A DNA stretch of 39,366 nucleotides. Origin: Ruminococcus sp. (GTDB taxonomy: Bacteria; Bacillota; Clostridia; Oscillospirales; Ruminococcaceae). A program made the position numbers and the translations under genes. Of the stretch, positions 7,487 through 15,571 are shown one piece after another (positions within the stretch are counted from its first letter, which is position 1; each line of letters begins with the position of its first letter). The stretch is taken from positions 1-39,366 of the forward strand of contig JBJERG010000051.1 of the NCBI GenBank assembly GCA_051882155.1. The letters are read 5' to 3'. The notes below the pieces were generated by a model that saw only the letters and a program-made list of their open reading frames with translations, was not told where the DNA came from and ran no database searches.

Positions 7487-9415
7487 ATGAAAACAAAAGG
7501 ATTTATTTCACTGTTTACTGCATTTGCGGCATTCTGCAGTGCATTTACATATTTGGGTACAGAGAATACATACGCTTCCGAAAGAGATATACCCTCAGAC
7601 TTCGGCGGGTACATTCATATGCCCTACGAAAGAGAAGCTCATGAAAGCGGCACATCAGACAGCACAAATGCCGTCTATCAAGCCGCAAATCTCCCTTCAA
7701 GCTACGACCTCAGGGACGAAAACTGCGTTACTCCTGTGCGGAACCAGGGTGCAGAGGGTATGTGCCACGCCTTTTCGGCAATAGGTTCCTGCGAGTCGAA
7801 CATTCTGAAACAGGGTCTTGAAGACGACCCTGAGAATCTCGATCTTTCAGAAGCTCAGCTGGGATATTTCCTGTATACAAAGCAGTCAGACCCTATGGAT
7901 CCGCATTACGGCGATTATCTGAATACTCCCGGAAAGGGCGCAGACGGCGGCAACGGTCTTCTTGCGGCGGCAGGTCTTGCAGACGGATTAGGTATGGAAC
8001 GTGAGGAATTCTGCAGCTACGGCGACTGGAGCGCCGGTTATTCGGAATACCAGAGATACACAGGTCAGTACAGACTTAAAACCTGCGAATGTATAACCCG
8101 TGCCACAGATTCCGCTTCTCAGGCAAAGATAAAGCGCTGGCTTATGGAAAGCGGCGGCGTTGGAATGGCGTTTTACAGCAATCGTTCTCTCTATTATGAC
8201 AACGGAACTTCCTATTCCTATTATGCAAAAAACAAATCATTCTATGAAAACGCAAACCATGCCGCACTGATAGTAGGCTGGGACGACAATTACAGCAGGG
8301 AGAATTTCTCAAAGGACAGCAGACCCTCCAACGACGGGGCATGGCTCGTAAAAAACAGCTACGGTCCCGACCTTTTTGACGACGGATATTTCTGGATATC
8401 CTATGAAGACCCTTCTCTCGGCTCATTCTGCCGATATATTGTGGAAAAGGTTTCCGACCATGATGACGTTTACAGCAGCAGCGGCGCAGGTTACATAACG
8501 GCATACAGTTTCAGTGCTGCGGCTAATGTTTTCACCGCAGAATATGACTGTACCATTACTGACGCAGCCTTTTATATGCCGGCGGGAAATCCGGATAATA
8601 CAAGCTATAAGATCCTTGTGTACAGGCTTGAAAATAATACAGATGATCCCACAGACGGCGAATGTATCGGTTCAGCCTCAGGCAGCGTTCCGGAAAGCGG
8701 ATATTACACAGTACCGCTTGAAAAAACCGCAAAGCTTTTAAAGGGTCAGCAGTTTTCTCTTGTACTGAGTATGTCCACCACCGATAAAAACAAAACAGTT
8801 TTTCTGCCGGTAGAAGAAACCACTGCAATTACAAGTTCGTTTACCCTTGAATGTGAAGCACGTCCCGGCGAAAGCTATGTACTGAACCAGGGAATTTGGG
8901 AGGATACATCAGCAAATGAGGGCGAACACGGCACATTGGGCAACATTCCTCTGAAGGCACTGGCTGTAAGAGATGAGGAATATGCACCCTTGAAGCTTGA
9001 AGCTGCCCTTGAAGCCGCTGACAGACTGACTGTCAAAAACAACCTTATAAAGGACGCTGTAGATCTTGGAAATGAGGTTCTCGGAAGCGGTGCCGGTGCA
9101 GATTCATGCAGCAGAGCCGCAAATACTGTTCTTGCAGCACTTGAGAAATGCGGTGCAGATATACAGTTTCCCGATTATCTGTATGCAGATCTGGGACGTA
9201 TAAAGGGCGACAGCAACGGCGACGGCAGCATTACAATATCCGACGCAGCTGCGGTGCTTCAGACCTACGCCCTTCGCAGTGCAGGAAAAACCTGCCGGCT
9301 GACCATGGCGGAGAAGTATGCCATGAATGCAGTTTATGATGAGAGCATAAATATTGCCGACGCTGCGGAAATACTGAGCATTTACGCTTCTGCCTCTGCA
9401 GGAAATGCAGACTGA
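7487..9415 (+). CDS. Secreted papain-family (C1A) cysteine peptidase with lectin-like domain and C-terminal dockerin
   Basis: Signal peptide after AAAGGAG RBS; LPSSYDLR..VTPVRNQG..GMCHAFS, NHAALIVGWDD, WLVKNSYG, DGYFWISYED; dockerin GDSNGDGSITISDA..VLQTYA / INIADA.EILSIYA. Confidence 0.88.
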   Translation: MKTKGFISLFTAFAAFCSAFTYLGTENTYASERDIPSDFGGYIHMPYEREAHESGTSDSTNAVYQAANLPSSYDLRDENCVTPVRNQGAEGMCHAFSAIGSCESNILKQGLEDDPENLDLSEAQLGYFLYTKQSDPMDPHYGDYLNTPGKGADGGNGLLAAAGLADGLGMEREEFCSYGDWSAGYSEYQRYTGQYRLKTCECITRATDSASQAKIKRWLMESGGVGMAFYSNRSLYYDNGTSYSYYAKNKSFYENANHAALIVGWDDNYSRENFSKDSRPSNDGAWLVKNSYGPDLFDDGYFWISYEDPSLGSFCRYIVEKVSDHDDVYSSSGAGYITAYSFSAAANVFTAEYDCTITDAAFYMPAGNPDNTSYKILVYRLENNTDDPTDGECIGSASGSVPESGYYTVPLEKTAKLLKGQQFSLVLSMSTTDKNKTVFLPVEETTAITSSFTLECEARPGESYVLNQGIWEDTSANEGEHGTLGNIPLKALAVRDEEYAPLKLEAALEAADRLTVKNNLIKDAVDLGNEVLGSGAGADSCSRAANTVLAALEKCGADIQFPDYLYADLGRIKGDSNGDGSITISDAAAVLQTYALRSAGKTCRLTMAEKYAMNAVYDESINIADAAEILSIYASASAGNAD

Positions 9416-9502
9416 TTGCAGACAGTCTGACCCACGCTGTTCCGGCTCTTTTCGGGCAGCGTGGAATCAGATAAAAAATTTTGATTAATTTCAAAAAAAC
9501 AC

Positions 9503-9531
9503 TTGACAAAAGCTTTCCTGTGTGCTATAAT
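9503..9531 (+). promoter_or_regulatory. sigma-A promoter of tRNA-Asn
   Basis: Perfect TTGACA-17 nt-TATAAT with TG, A/T-rich UP-like region upstream. Confidence 0.9.
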
Positions 9532-9560
9532 ATATCTTGCAGTCAGGAAAGCTGATATAT

Positions 9561-9636
9561 TCCTCCATAGCTCAGTCGGTAGAGCACTCGGCTGTTAACC
9601 GAGTTGTCGTTGGTTCGAGTCCAACTGGGGGAGCCA
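9561..9636 (+). tRNA. tRNA-Asn(GTT)
   Basis: Acceptor TCCTCCA/TGGGGGA, D arm AGCTCAGTCGGTAGAGC, anticodon arm CTCGG-CT-GTT-AA-CCGAG, T arm GTTGG-TTCGAGT-CCAAC, encoded CCA. Confidence 0.98.
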
Positions 9637-9705
9637 ATAACGCATAATCCGAACACTTTTGTCACTAAGAATGTGTTCGGATTTGTTGTTTATTTATGAT
9701 ATTGT

Positions 9706-9745
9706 AACCGTCCGAATTTTTATGAGTTCGGGCGGTTTTCGTTTT
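9706..9745 (+). terminator. Putative intrinsic terminator downstream of tRNA-Asn
   Basis: AACCGTCCGAA...TTCGGGCGGTT stem followed by a T-rich tract; a second hairpin AATCCGAACAC...GTGTTCGGATT lies at about 9646-9682. Confidence 0.6.
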
Positions 9746-9893
9746 CATAAAGTAAAATTTGCATTAGGTTTGAGTGTTGATTATAAGGTCATGATAGATT
9801 TTTGGCAAATTTTTATCTTTATATAAATCGTGCCATAAGATATACTTTATTTTAAAATAAACAGCCTTTAGTTATTTTATAGCACCTATGGTA

Positions 9894-9946
9894 TTGACAA
9901 TTAATAGATACTATGATATAATACTACTGCATATATATAGTAGTAT
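9894..9946 (+). promoter_or_regulatory. sigma-A promoter with overlapping inverted-repeat operator for padR
   Basis: TTGACA (9894)-17 nt-TATAAT (9917); perfect inverted repeat ATACTACT-N10-AGTAGTAT at 9921-9946. Confidence 0.8.
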
Positions 9947-9975
9947 TTATGAATAGTATAAAGGAGGAAAATGTA

Positions 9976-10509
9976 ATGCTTTCAAAATCTGCAACAATGT
10001 TGTTAGGTCTAATAAATAAGCAATCGGTAAATGCTTATGAAATTATAAAAAAATTGGAATCTATGAATGTAAAATGGTGGTATAACATAGCGGATTCAAC
10101 GGTATATGCAACTCTACGAACCTTGGATAAGAAAGGATTAATTGTTGGTGCATCTGAAAAAAACGGAAATATGCCATTTCGTACAGTATATTCAATAAGT
10201 GAAAAGGGTAAAGAAGAGTTAAGAGATACATTGACAAAATCAATATTATCTTTTGACTATGATACCAATATGTTTTCTATAGCTGCCTTTTTTCTTGATT
10301 TTTTTGATGTTAAAGAACAAATATCTCTTTTGGAAAACAGGATAGAGGTATTAAAAAAATATATTGCAGGAATAGAAAAATGGATATCACATCCGGAAGA
10401 TAAAGAAACACCACTACATCACATAATAACTGTTGAGCGGATGGCAAGCCTTGCTAAAGCAGAACTTTCCGGAACAAACAAACTATTGAAATTACTAAAA
10501 ATAAACTAG
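9976..10509 (+). CDS. PadR-family transcriptional regulator
   Basis: LLGLI...AYEIIK...STVYATLRTLDKKGLI...YSISEKGKEEL winged helix; AAGGAGG RBS before ATG 9976. Confidence 0.9.
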   Translation: MLSKSATMLLGLINKQSVNAYEIIKKLESMNVKWWYNIADSTVYATLRTLDKKGLIVGASEKNGNMPFRTVYSISEKGKEELRDTLTKSILSFDYDTNMFSIAAFFLDFFDVKEQISLLENRIEVLKKYIAGIEKWISHPEDKETPLHHIITVERMASLAKAELSGTNKLLKLLKIN

Positions 10510-10525
10510 GAAGGGAATTGATAAG

Positions 10526-11239
10526 ATGAGCAAATCAAAACTTATTCTTTTATGTATCATCGTAGAGGTGATGTTAATCATCTGTATTTCATTAGCCAAT
10601 GTAAATCCGACCCCTGTACTTTATTTTGTTTTTTATAATCTTGCATATGGGATGGTTTTTAGTTTTTTAGTTCCTCTTTATTGCTTAGGTAAAGAAAAAG
10701 GAACTCTATCTTCCGTTGGAATAAAGAAGTTGGGAGTGCGTCAATTTGCTGTATTAATTGGATTTGTTGTATTTTCAATCGGTGGACAACTTATTCCGAT
10801 GATACTTGCAGGAGAACAGATACCTTGGCATCTATTGCCTATGGGAATTGTACCATTAATTATGACTACATTTTTTGAAGAATTTCTTTTCCGTGGTTTT
10901 ATACAGGGAAGGATTGAACAACATTTTGGTTGGTTACCGGCAATTATTATCTCAGGAATGTTGTTTTCGTTTTATCACTTAGGTTATCCCGGATTTCGCA
11001 CCATTGGGGATATTTTACTATTATTTGCAGTAGGGATTGGATTTGCAATTGCATATAAACTTTCTGGCAATAATTTATTAGTTTCATATTTTGTAAATCT
11101 TCCCAATGCTTTTGTTACATACATGCTAAAATATAAGCAATTTCCAACTATGGACTTGAGTTCCACAATCGCAGCTGCTATTACATTGATATTGATCGTG
11201 ATAACATTTTATATTGTGAAAAGGAAACATATAAAATAA
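10526..11239 (+). CDS. CPBP/Abi (CAAX type II) intramembrane metalloprotease
   Basis: Multi-TM protein with FFEEFLFRG and LFSFYH motifs. Confidence 0.88.
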   Translation: MSKSKLILLCIIVEVMLIICISLANVNPTPVLYFVFYNLAYGMVFSFLVPLYCLGKEKGTLSSVGIKKLGVRQFAVLIGFVVFSIGGQLIPMILAGEQIPWHLLPMGIVPLIMTTFFEEFLFRGFIQGRIEQHFGWLPAIIISGMLFSFYHLGYPGFRTIGDILLLFAVGIGFAIAYKLSGNNLLVSYFVNLPNAFVTYMLKYKQFPTMDLSSTIAAAITLILIVITFYIVKRKHIK

Positions 11240-11344
11240 TATTCCCATTTATCGGGCACCTCTCCCGCGTGTGACAACTCGCGCCGAAAAGGTTCATTCA
11301 GCCGAAACTGTCTTGCAGCTCGTCTTTTTTGTTTTTACTGCTGC

Positions 11345-11402
11345 AAAAAAGAGCATTCAGAGATTCATGTCTTGACAGACATCTCTCTGATATGCTCTTT
11401 TG
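11345..11402 (-). terminator. Hairpin terminator after psd (possibly bidirectional)
   Basis: AAAAGAGCAT-TCAGAGA...TCTCTGA-T-ATGCTCTTTT stem between convergent genes. Confidence 0.65.
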
Positions 11403-11406
11403 TTTT

Positions 11407-12234
11407 TTATTCACTGCAAAGGGAACGTCCTACCTTCTGTCCAACGCCTACCACAGTTTCCCTTCCTGTGCCGATAGTTTCCATAATGTTTCTGTCAAGG
11501 ACTGCCTTGTCCTTTTCCAGAAGCATAATAATAGTAGAGCCGCCGAATTCAAAATATCCCTTTTCAGTATATCTTTTAACTTTGCCCTTCAGATCATGGT
11601 TGCAGATCCTGCCTACAAGCAATGCTCCCACTTCCATCTGAACCAGACAGCCGAAGTTTTCACTCTTCAGAACTGTATATTCACGGCTGTTGCGGACATA
11701 TACAGGAAGCTTTTCGCACACCATGGGACGAACGCAGTGAAGCTGACCTTCAATGCGTCTTTTAAGCTTTATCTCAGCGTCATCTGTGAAAATATAACGG
11801 TGATAATTATGAGGTGCAAGACGATATATGAGGCAAAGTCCGTCCTTGTATCTGTCGGCAATCACCTTGTTTTCAAGGAGCGCCTTCATATTATAGGTTA
11901 CGTGCTTTATGTGGAAGTTCACATCGGGAGATATACGGTATACCGACAGAAAGCCGTCGCAGGGTGAGATCAGCGCATTTTTATCATCTGTACGCTTTAT
12001 CTCCTTCTTCTGCCTTACAAAAAAATCATTGAAGGATCTGTAGGGAGCGCCGGTGTAGAGATCCATATCAATATTGTATTTCTTTATATAATTCCCGATA
12101 AGCCACCTGGAAAGGGGCGAATCCATGTAATAATATGCAGCCTTCGAAACACCGGGTCTTACAAGAATCTTCAGAGCCATTCTGCCCGGAACAGTATTAT
12201 ACAGAAATCTTATTGACGCACTTTCTTTTTTCAT
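11407..12234 (-). CDS. psd: Phosphatidylserine decarboxylase proenzyme
   Basis: SFNDFFVR, SPCDG, RLAPHNYHR and autocleavage motif KGYFEFGGST. Confidence 0.95.
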   Translation of the reverse strand: MKKESASIRFLYNTVPGRMALKILVRPGVSKAAYYYMDSPLSRWLIGNYIKKYNIDMDLYTGAPYRSFNDFFVRQKKEIKRTDDKNALISPCDGFLSVYRISPDVNFHIKHVTYNMKALLENKVIADRYKDGLCLIYRLAPHNYHRYIFTDDAEIKLKRRIEGQLHCVRPMVCEKLPVYVRNSREYTVLKSENFGCLVQMEVGALLVGRICNHDLKGKVKRYTEKGYFEFGGSTIIMLLEKDKAVLDRNIMETIGTGRETVVGVGQKVGRSLCSE

Positions 12235-12875
12235 ATTCCGTCAAACACTCCCAGAATAAGTATTACCATTTCCGTAACGCCCATAACGCCCAGAACAGCC
12301 TTTCCTACAGTTTTAGGCTTCTTCAGCTTAAAGGGTGACAGGAACAGAATTCCCATTACGGCAATAAGGGAAATATATACGTACCTTAAATCAATATCTG
12401 TAAAACCACCAAGGAGATAAAAGCCCGGCAGCAGCAGTGCTGCGCTTGTTACAGGAAGTCCCTGGTAATATTTACGGGTACCTGTTTCTGTTTTCTGTCT
12501 TTCCTCTTCGCATACATTGAAATACGCAAGGCGTATAAGGGCGCAGAGAACATATGCGGCTGACACTGCAAATCCGCCGTAGGTTTCTCCGCTGAATTTG
12601 TATACAAACAGTCCCGGAAGTGCGCCGAAGCACACAAGATCACAAAGGGAATCTATCTGTATGCCGAACTTCTTCTCGCTGTCGGTTCTCTTTTTGGTTG
12701 ATGCAACCATTCCGTCGAACATATCGCACACTCCGGATATCATAAGACAGAATATTGCACCGTTCGGATTTCCGCTCATTATAAGGGTAAGACCTGCAAC
12801 GCCGAAAATAAGCCCTATATACGTAAGCAGAACGGTGTAGTCATAGTAACCCAGTATTTTCTTTTCCTCGTTCAT
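12231..12875 (-). CDS. pssA: CDP-diacylglycerol--serine O-phosphatidyltransferase (CDP-alcohol phosphotransferase family)
   Basis: DMFDGMVA...FGIQIDSLCDLVCFG signature, RLAYFN, YQGLP; overlaps psd start by 4 nt. Confidence 0.85.
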   Translation of the reverse strand: MNEEKKILGYYDYTVLLTYIGLIFGVAGLTLIMSGNPNGAIFCLMISGVCDMFDGMVASTKKRTDSEKKFGIQIDSLCDLVCFGALPGLFVYKFSGETYGGFAVSAAYVLCALIRLAYFNVCEEERQKTETGTRKYYQGLPVTSAALLLPGFYLLGGFTDIDLRYVYISLIAVMGILFLSPFKLKKPKTVGKAVLGVMGVTEMVILILGVFDGI

Positions 12876-13444
12876 ATCCATTCTCCCATCTTGTCAAAAA
12901 ACAGACTGTAAGCCAGAATGCACCACGGCTTGCCTATTACAATTATCCAGCTGAATTTTTTCAGGGTCATTTTTGTAAGTCCCGAAAAATAACAGAAAAA
13001 ATCATCAGGGAAAAGCGGCAGTACCATACCCCAGAAAAGAAGGGCAGTATACGATTTGCTCCTTGCCGCCCAGCCTGCATATTTATCATACTTTTCCTTG
13101 GAAATAAGGCTTTCCACAAGACCGGCTCCGTATTTTTTTGCAAGCATAAATGCTATGATAGAGCCTGCGGATATACCTATATAGTTGCACAGAAAGCCCA
13201 CTAAAGGTCCGAACAGAATTGATCCTACAGCACAGCCGAGAAATCCCGGAAGTACAGGTATTATAACCTGTAGAGCCTGTATCACAGTCAGAACCAGAGG
13301 TCCGAACACTCCGAAACCGCTTATATACTCCTGAAGTGTTTCAACCGAGTCAAATTTTCCGTCAAAATATGCCTTTACCATCATAGCCACCAGCAGTGCG
13401 CAGAACACAACCACCAGTACCGTCCACAACTTTTTATGCTTCAA
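12872..13444 (-). CDS. TVP38/TMEM64 (DedA/VTT superfamily) membrane protein
   Basis: QALQVIIPVLPG, GS.LFGP..G, GSIIAFMLAKKYG, LPLFPDDFFCY.SGLTKM; TTG start with GGAGG RBS. Confidence 0.9.
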   Translation of the reverse strand: MKHKKLWTVLVVVFCALLVAMMVKAYFDGKFDSVETLQEYISGFGVFGPLVLTVIQALQVIIPVLPGFLGCAVGSILFGPLVGFLCNYIGISAGSIIAFMLAKKYGAGLVESLISKEKYDKYAGWAARSKSYTALLFWGMVLPLFPDDFFCYFSGLTKMTLKKFSWIIVIGKPWCILAYSLFFDKMGEWI

Positions 13445-13481
13445 GCCGTCGCCTCCAATATATTATTATACAAACATTATA

Positions 13482-13524
13482 ATTTTATTATATGCAGCTT
13501 AAATAAAGATTGAATATCCTTAAA
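13482..13524 (-). promoter_or_regulatory. Putative CiaR-type direct-repeat box and -10 element for dedA-pssA-psd
   Basis: Minus strand TTTAAG-N4-TTCAAT-N5-TTTAAG-N10-TAAAAT. Confidence 0.55.
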
Positions 13525-13555
13525 CTTTAAAAAAATTTAAAAATTTTATGATGTA

Positions 13556-13584
13556 TTGAACTTGCTGTATAAAAGGTGTATAAT
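13556..13584 (+). promoter_or_regulatory. sigma-A promoter of the two-component operon
   Basis: TTGAAC-17 nt-TATAAT. Confidence 0.65.
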
Positions 13585-13646
13585 TATATCATAGGAAATA
13601 TGTATCAAACTGCGCTGTGCGCTGTGAAATATAAACGGAGAATATT

Positions 13647-14327
13647 ATGCGAATACTTATAATTGAGGACGAAAAGGAAATAGCCGACGGACTGGAAGCC
13701 ATACTTTCACGGGAAAATTATTCTGTGGACGTGGTGGACAACGGTATAAGCGGTCTTGACTATATTTTAAGCGGTATGTACGACCTTGCGGTGCTGGATA
13801 TCATGCTGCCGGGAATGAACGGCATTGAGGTACTTAAAAATGCCCGCAGCGAGGGTGTAACCGTTCCGGTGATTCTGCTTACCGCAAAATCCCAGCTCAG
13901 CGATAAGATCGAGGGTCTGGACAGCGGTGCGGACGATTACATCACAAAGCCCTTTGACGCCCAGGAGCTTCTGGCAAGGATAAGGGCAAGGACAAGAACA
14001 TCAGGCAGTGCCTCCTCTGATGAGCTTTCCTTCGGCGATGTCATTCTTTCAAAGCACCGTCAGGAGCTTCGCTGCGGAAGCCGTTCCGTAAAACTGGGAC
14101 ACAAGGAATTTCAGCTGATGGAATGCCTTATGATAAACAGTTCCCGCATCATGCCCAAGGATACCCTTATAACAAAGGTCTGGGGTCCTCTTGACGCTAC
14201 GGAATACAACAATATTGAGGTCTATGTTTCATTTCTCAGAAAAAAGCTGAGATTTATAAAGGCGTCCGTCCAGATAGTCACCACCAAGAATGTGGGATAC
14301 TCCATTGAGGTGAAGGATAATGGTTAA
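13647..14327 (+). CDS. OmpR/PhoB-family response regulator (CiaR-like)
   Basis: ILIIEDE, LDIMLP phosphoacceptor, GADDYITKPF, wHTH NNIEVYVSFLRKKL. Confidence 0.95.
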   Translation: MRILIIEDEKEIADGLEAILSRENYSVDVVDNGISGLDYILSGMYDLAVLDIMLPGMNGIEVLKNARSEGVTVPVILLTAKSQLSDKIEGLDSGADDYITKPFDAQELLARIRARTRTSGSASSDELSFGDVILSKHRQELRCGSRSVKLGHKEFQLMECLMINSSRIMPKDTLITKVWGPLDATEYNNIEVYVSFLRKKLRFIKASVQIVTTKNVGYSIEVKDNG

Positions 14328-15504
14328 GAAGATACGGCTTAAATTTGTAATCGTTACAATGACTCTGCTGACAGTGGTATTCAGTTCAATATTTTTTATA
14401 AACAAGGCATACAGAAATTATCTCTACCGCCACGATGTAAAACAATATCTGGAAAGCATTGCAGACAGCAGCGAATTCTATGAAAACAACGTTCCCAATA
14501 TTCAATACGAATATTCCGCTGAATTTTTTCTGGCGGAATTCGATAGTGAAGGCAATCTGCTGAGCCTGAATTCATCTGACGGAACCGCCGTGGACAACAG
14601 GGATATTGCATATGCAGCACAGGAAATAGAGAAAAAAGACAGCCGCAGCGGAAGAATGAAATCCTTTGTATACGTTTCCCATGAAGATGCGGAAAAAAAA
14701 TACATACTGTTTGCAGAAATACAGCCCAGAAGACATTATGCTGCTGAGATTTTCGGAACAACTGTTGTTCTTATCGCGTCCTTCGGTCTGATACTGTGGG
14801 TAAGCTTTTATCTGTCAAAATTTGTAACTGCTCCTGCCACAAAAGCCCTTGAACGTGAGAAGCAGTTCATATCCGACGCAAGCCACGAGCTGAAAACGCC
14901 TATTTCCGCAATAATACTCAATGCCCAGGCAATGACGGCAACGGAGGAAACAGGAAAGCATCTCCGGAACATTCTTTCGGAAGCAGAACGCATGAATACT
15001 CTTATAAAGAAACTTCTGACTCTCGCCTGCCTTGATGAAGCCGAATACTGCATGGAAAAAAGAAAATTCTCTCTTTCCGAAAGCTGTGAGGAAATACTTC
15101 TGCCCTTTGAGAGCCTTGCATTTGAGAATAATATCGATTTCACCTATGATATTGCGGAAAACATATATTACAGCGGAATATGCGATGATATAAAACAGGT
15201 AATATCCGTGCTTCTTGACAATGCCTTTAAATACACACCGGAAAAGGGACAGATCAAAGTCACCCTTCACAGAAAGAATTACCGCCCTGTGCTGACTGTC
15301 TATAACACCGGCGAAGGCATTTCTGAGGAGGCACTGCCTCATATTTTCGACAGATTCTACTGCTGTGAAAAGTCACGGAATACCCATACAAACAGCTTCG
15401 GACTGGGACTGTCCATTGCAAAGGCGATAATGGTCGCCCACGGCGGCGACCTTTACGCAGAGAGCCAGTACGGCAAATATGCACAGTTTACAGTGGCGTT
15501 TTAA
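14320..15504 (+). CDS. Membrane sensor histidine kinase
   Basis: Two TM segments, H-box FISDASHELKTP, N-box LLDNAFKY, HIFDRFY, GLGLSIAK. Confidence 0.95.
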   Translation: MVKKIRLKFVIVTMTLLTVVFSSIFFINKAYRNYLYRHDVKQYLESIADSSEFYENNVPNIQYEYSAEFFLAEFDSEGNLLSLNSSDGTAVDNRDIAYAAQEIEKKDSRSGRMKSFVYVSHEDAEKKYILFAEIQPRRHYAAEIFGTTVVLIASFGLILWVSFYLSKFVTAPATKALEREKQFISDASHELKTPISAIILNAQAMTATEETGKHLRNILSEAERMNTLIKKLLTLACLDEAEYCMEKRKFSLSESCEEILLPFESLAFENNIDFTYDIAENIYYSGICDDIKQVISVLLDNAFKYTPEKGQIKVTLHRKNYRPVLTVYNTGEGISEEALPHIFDRFYCCEKSRNTHTNSFGLGLSIAKAIMVAHGGDLYAESQYGKYAQFTVAF

Positions 15505-15512
15505 ACAAAAAC

Positions 15513-15550
15513 AAAAAAGACTGCTCCATTCATTTGAAGCAGTCCTTTTT
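15513..15550. terminator. Bidirectional terminator between kinase and glgP
   Basis: AAAAAAGACTGCT...AGCAGTCCTTTTT between convergent genes. Confidence 0.7.
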
Positions 15551-15571
15551 ATTAACTGAAATATTATTGCA

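Noticed and set aside
9610-11400. attL/attR duplication of the tRNA 3' end
   Set aside because: No second copy of CCAACTGGGGGAGCCA was found, so an intact integrative element is not supported.
11329-11967. 212-aa plus-strand ORF and other long antisense ORFs over glgP, capA, groEL and the desulfurase gene
   Set aside because: Shadow frames of well-supported genes with no independent motifs or RBS.
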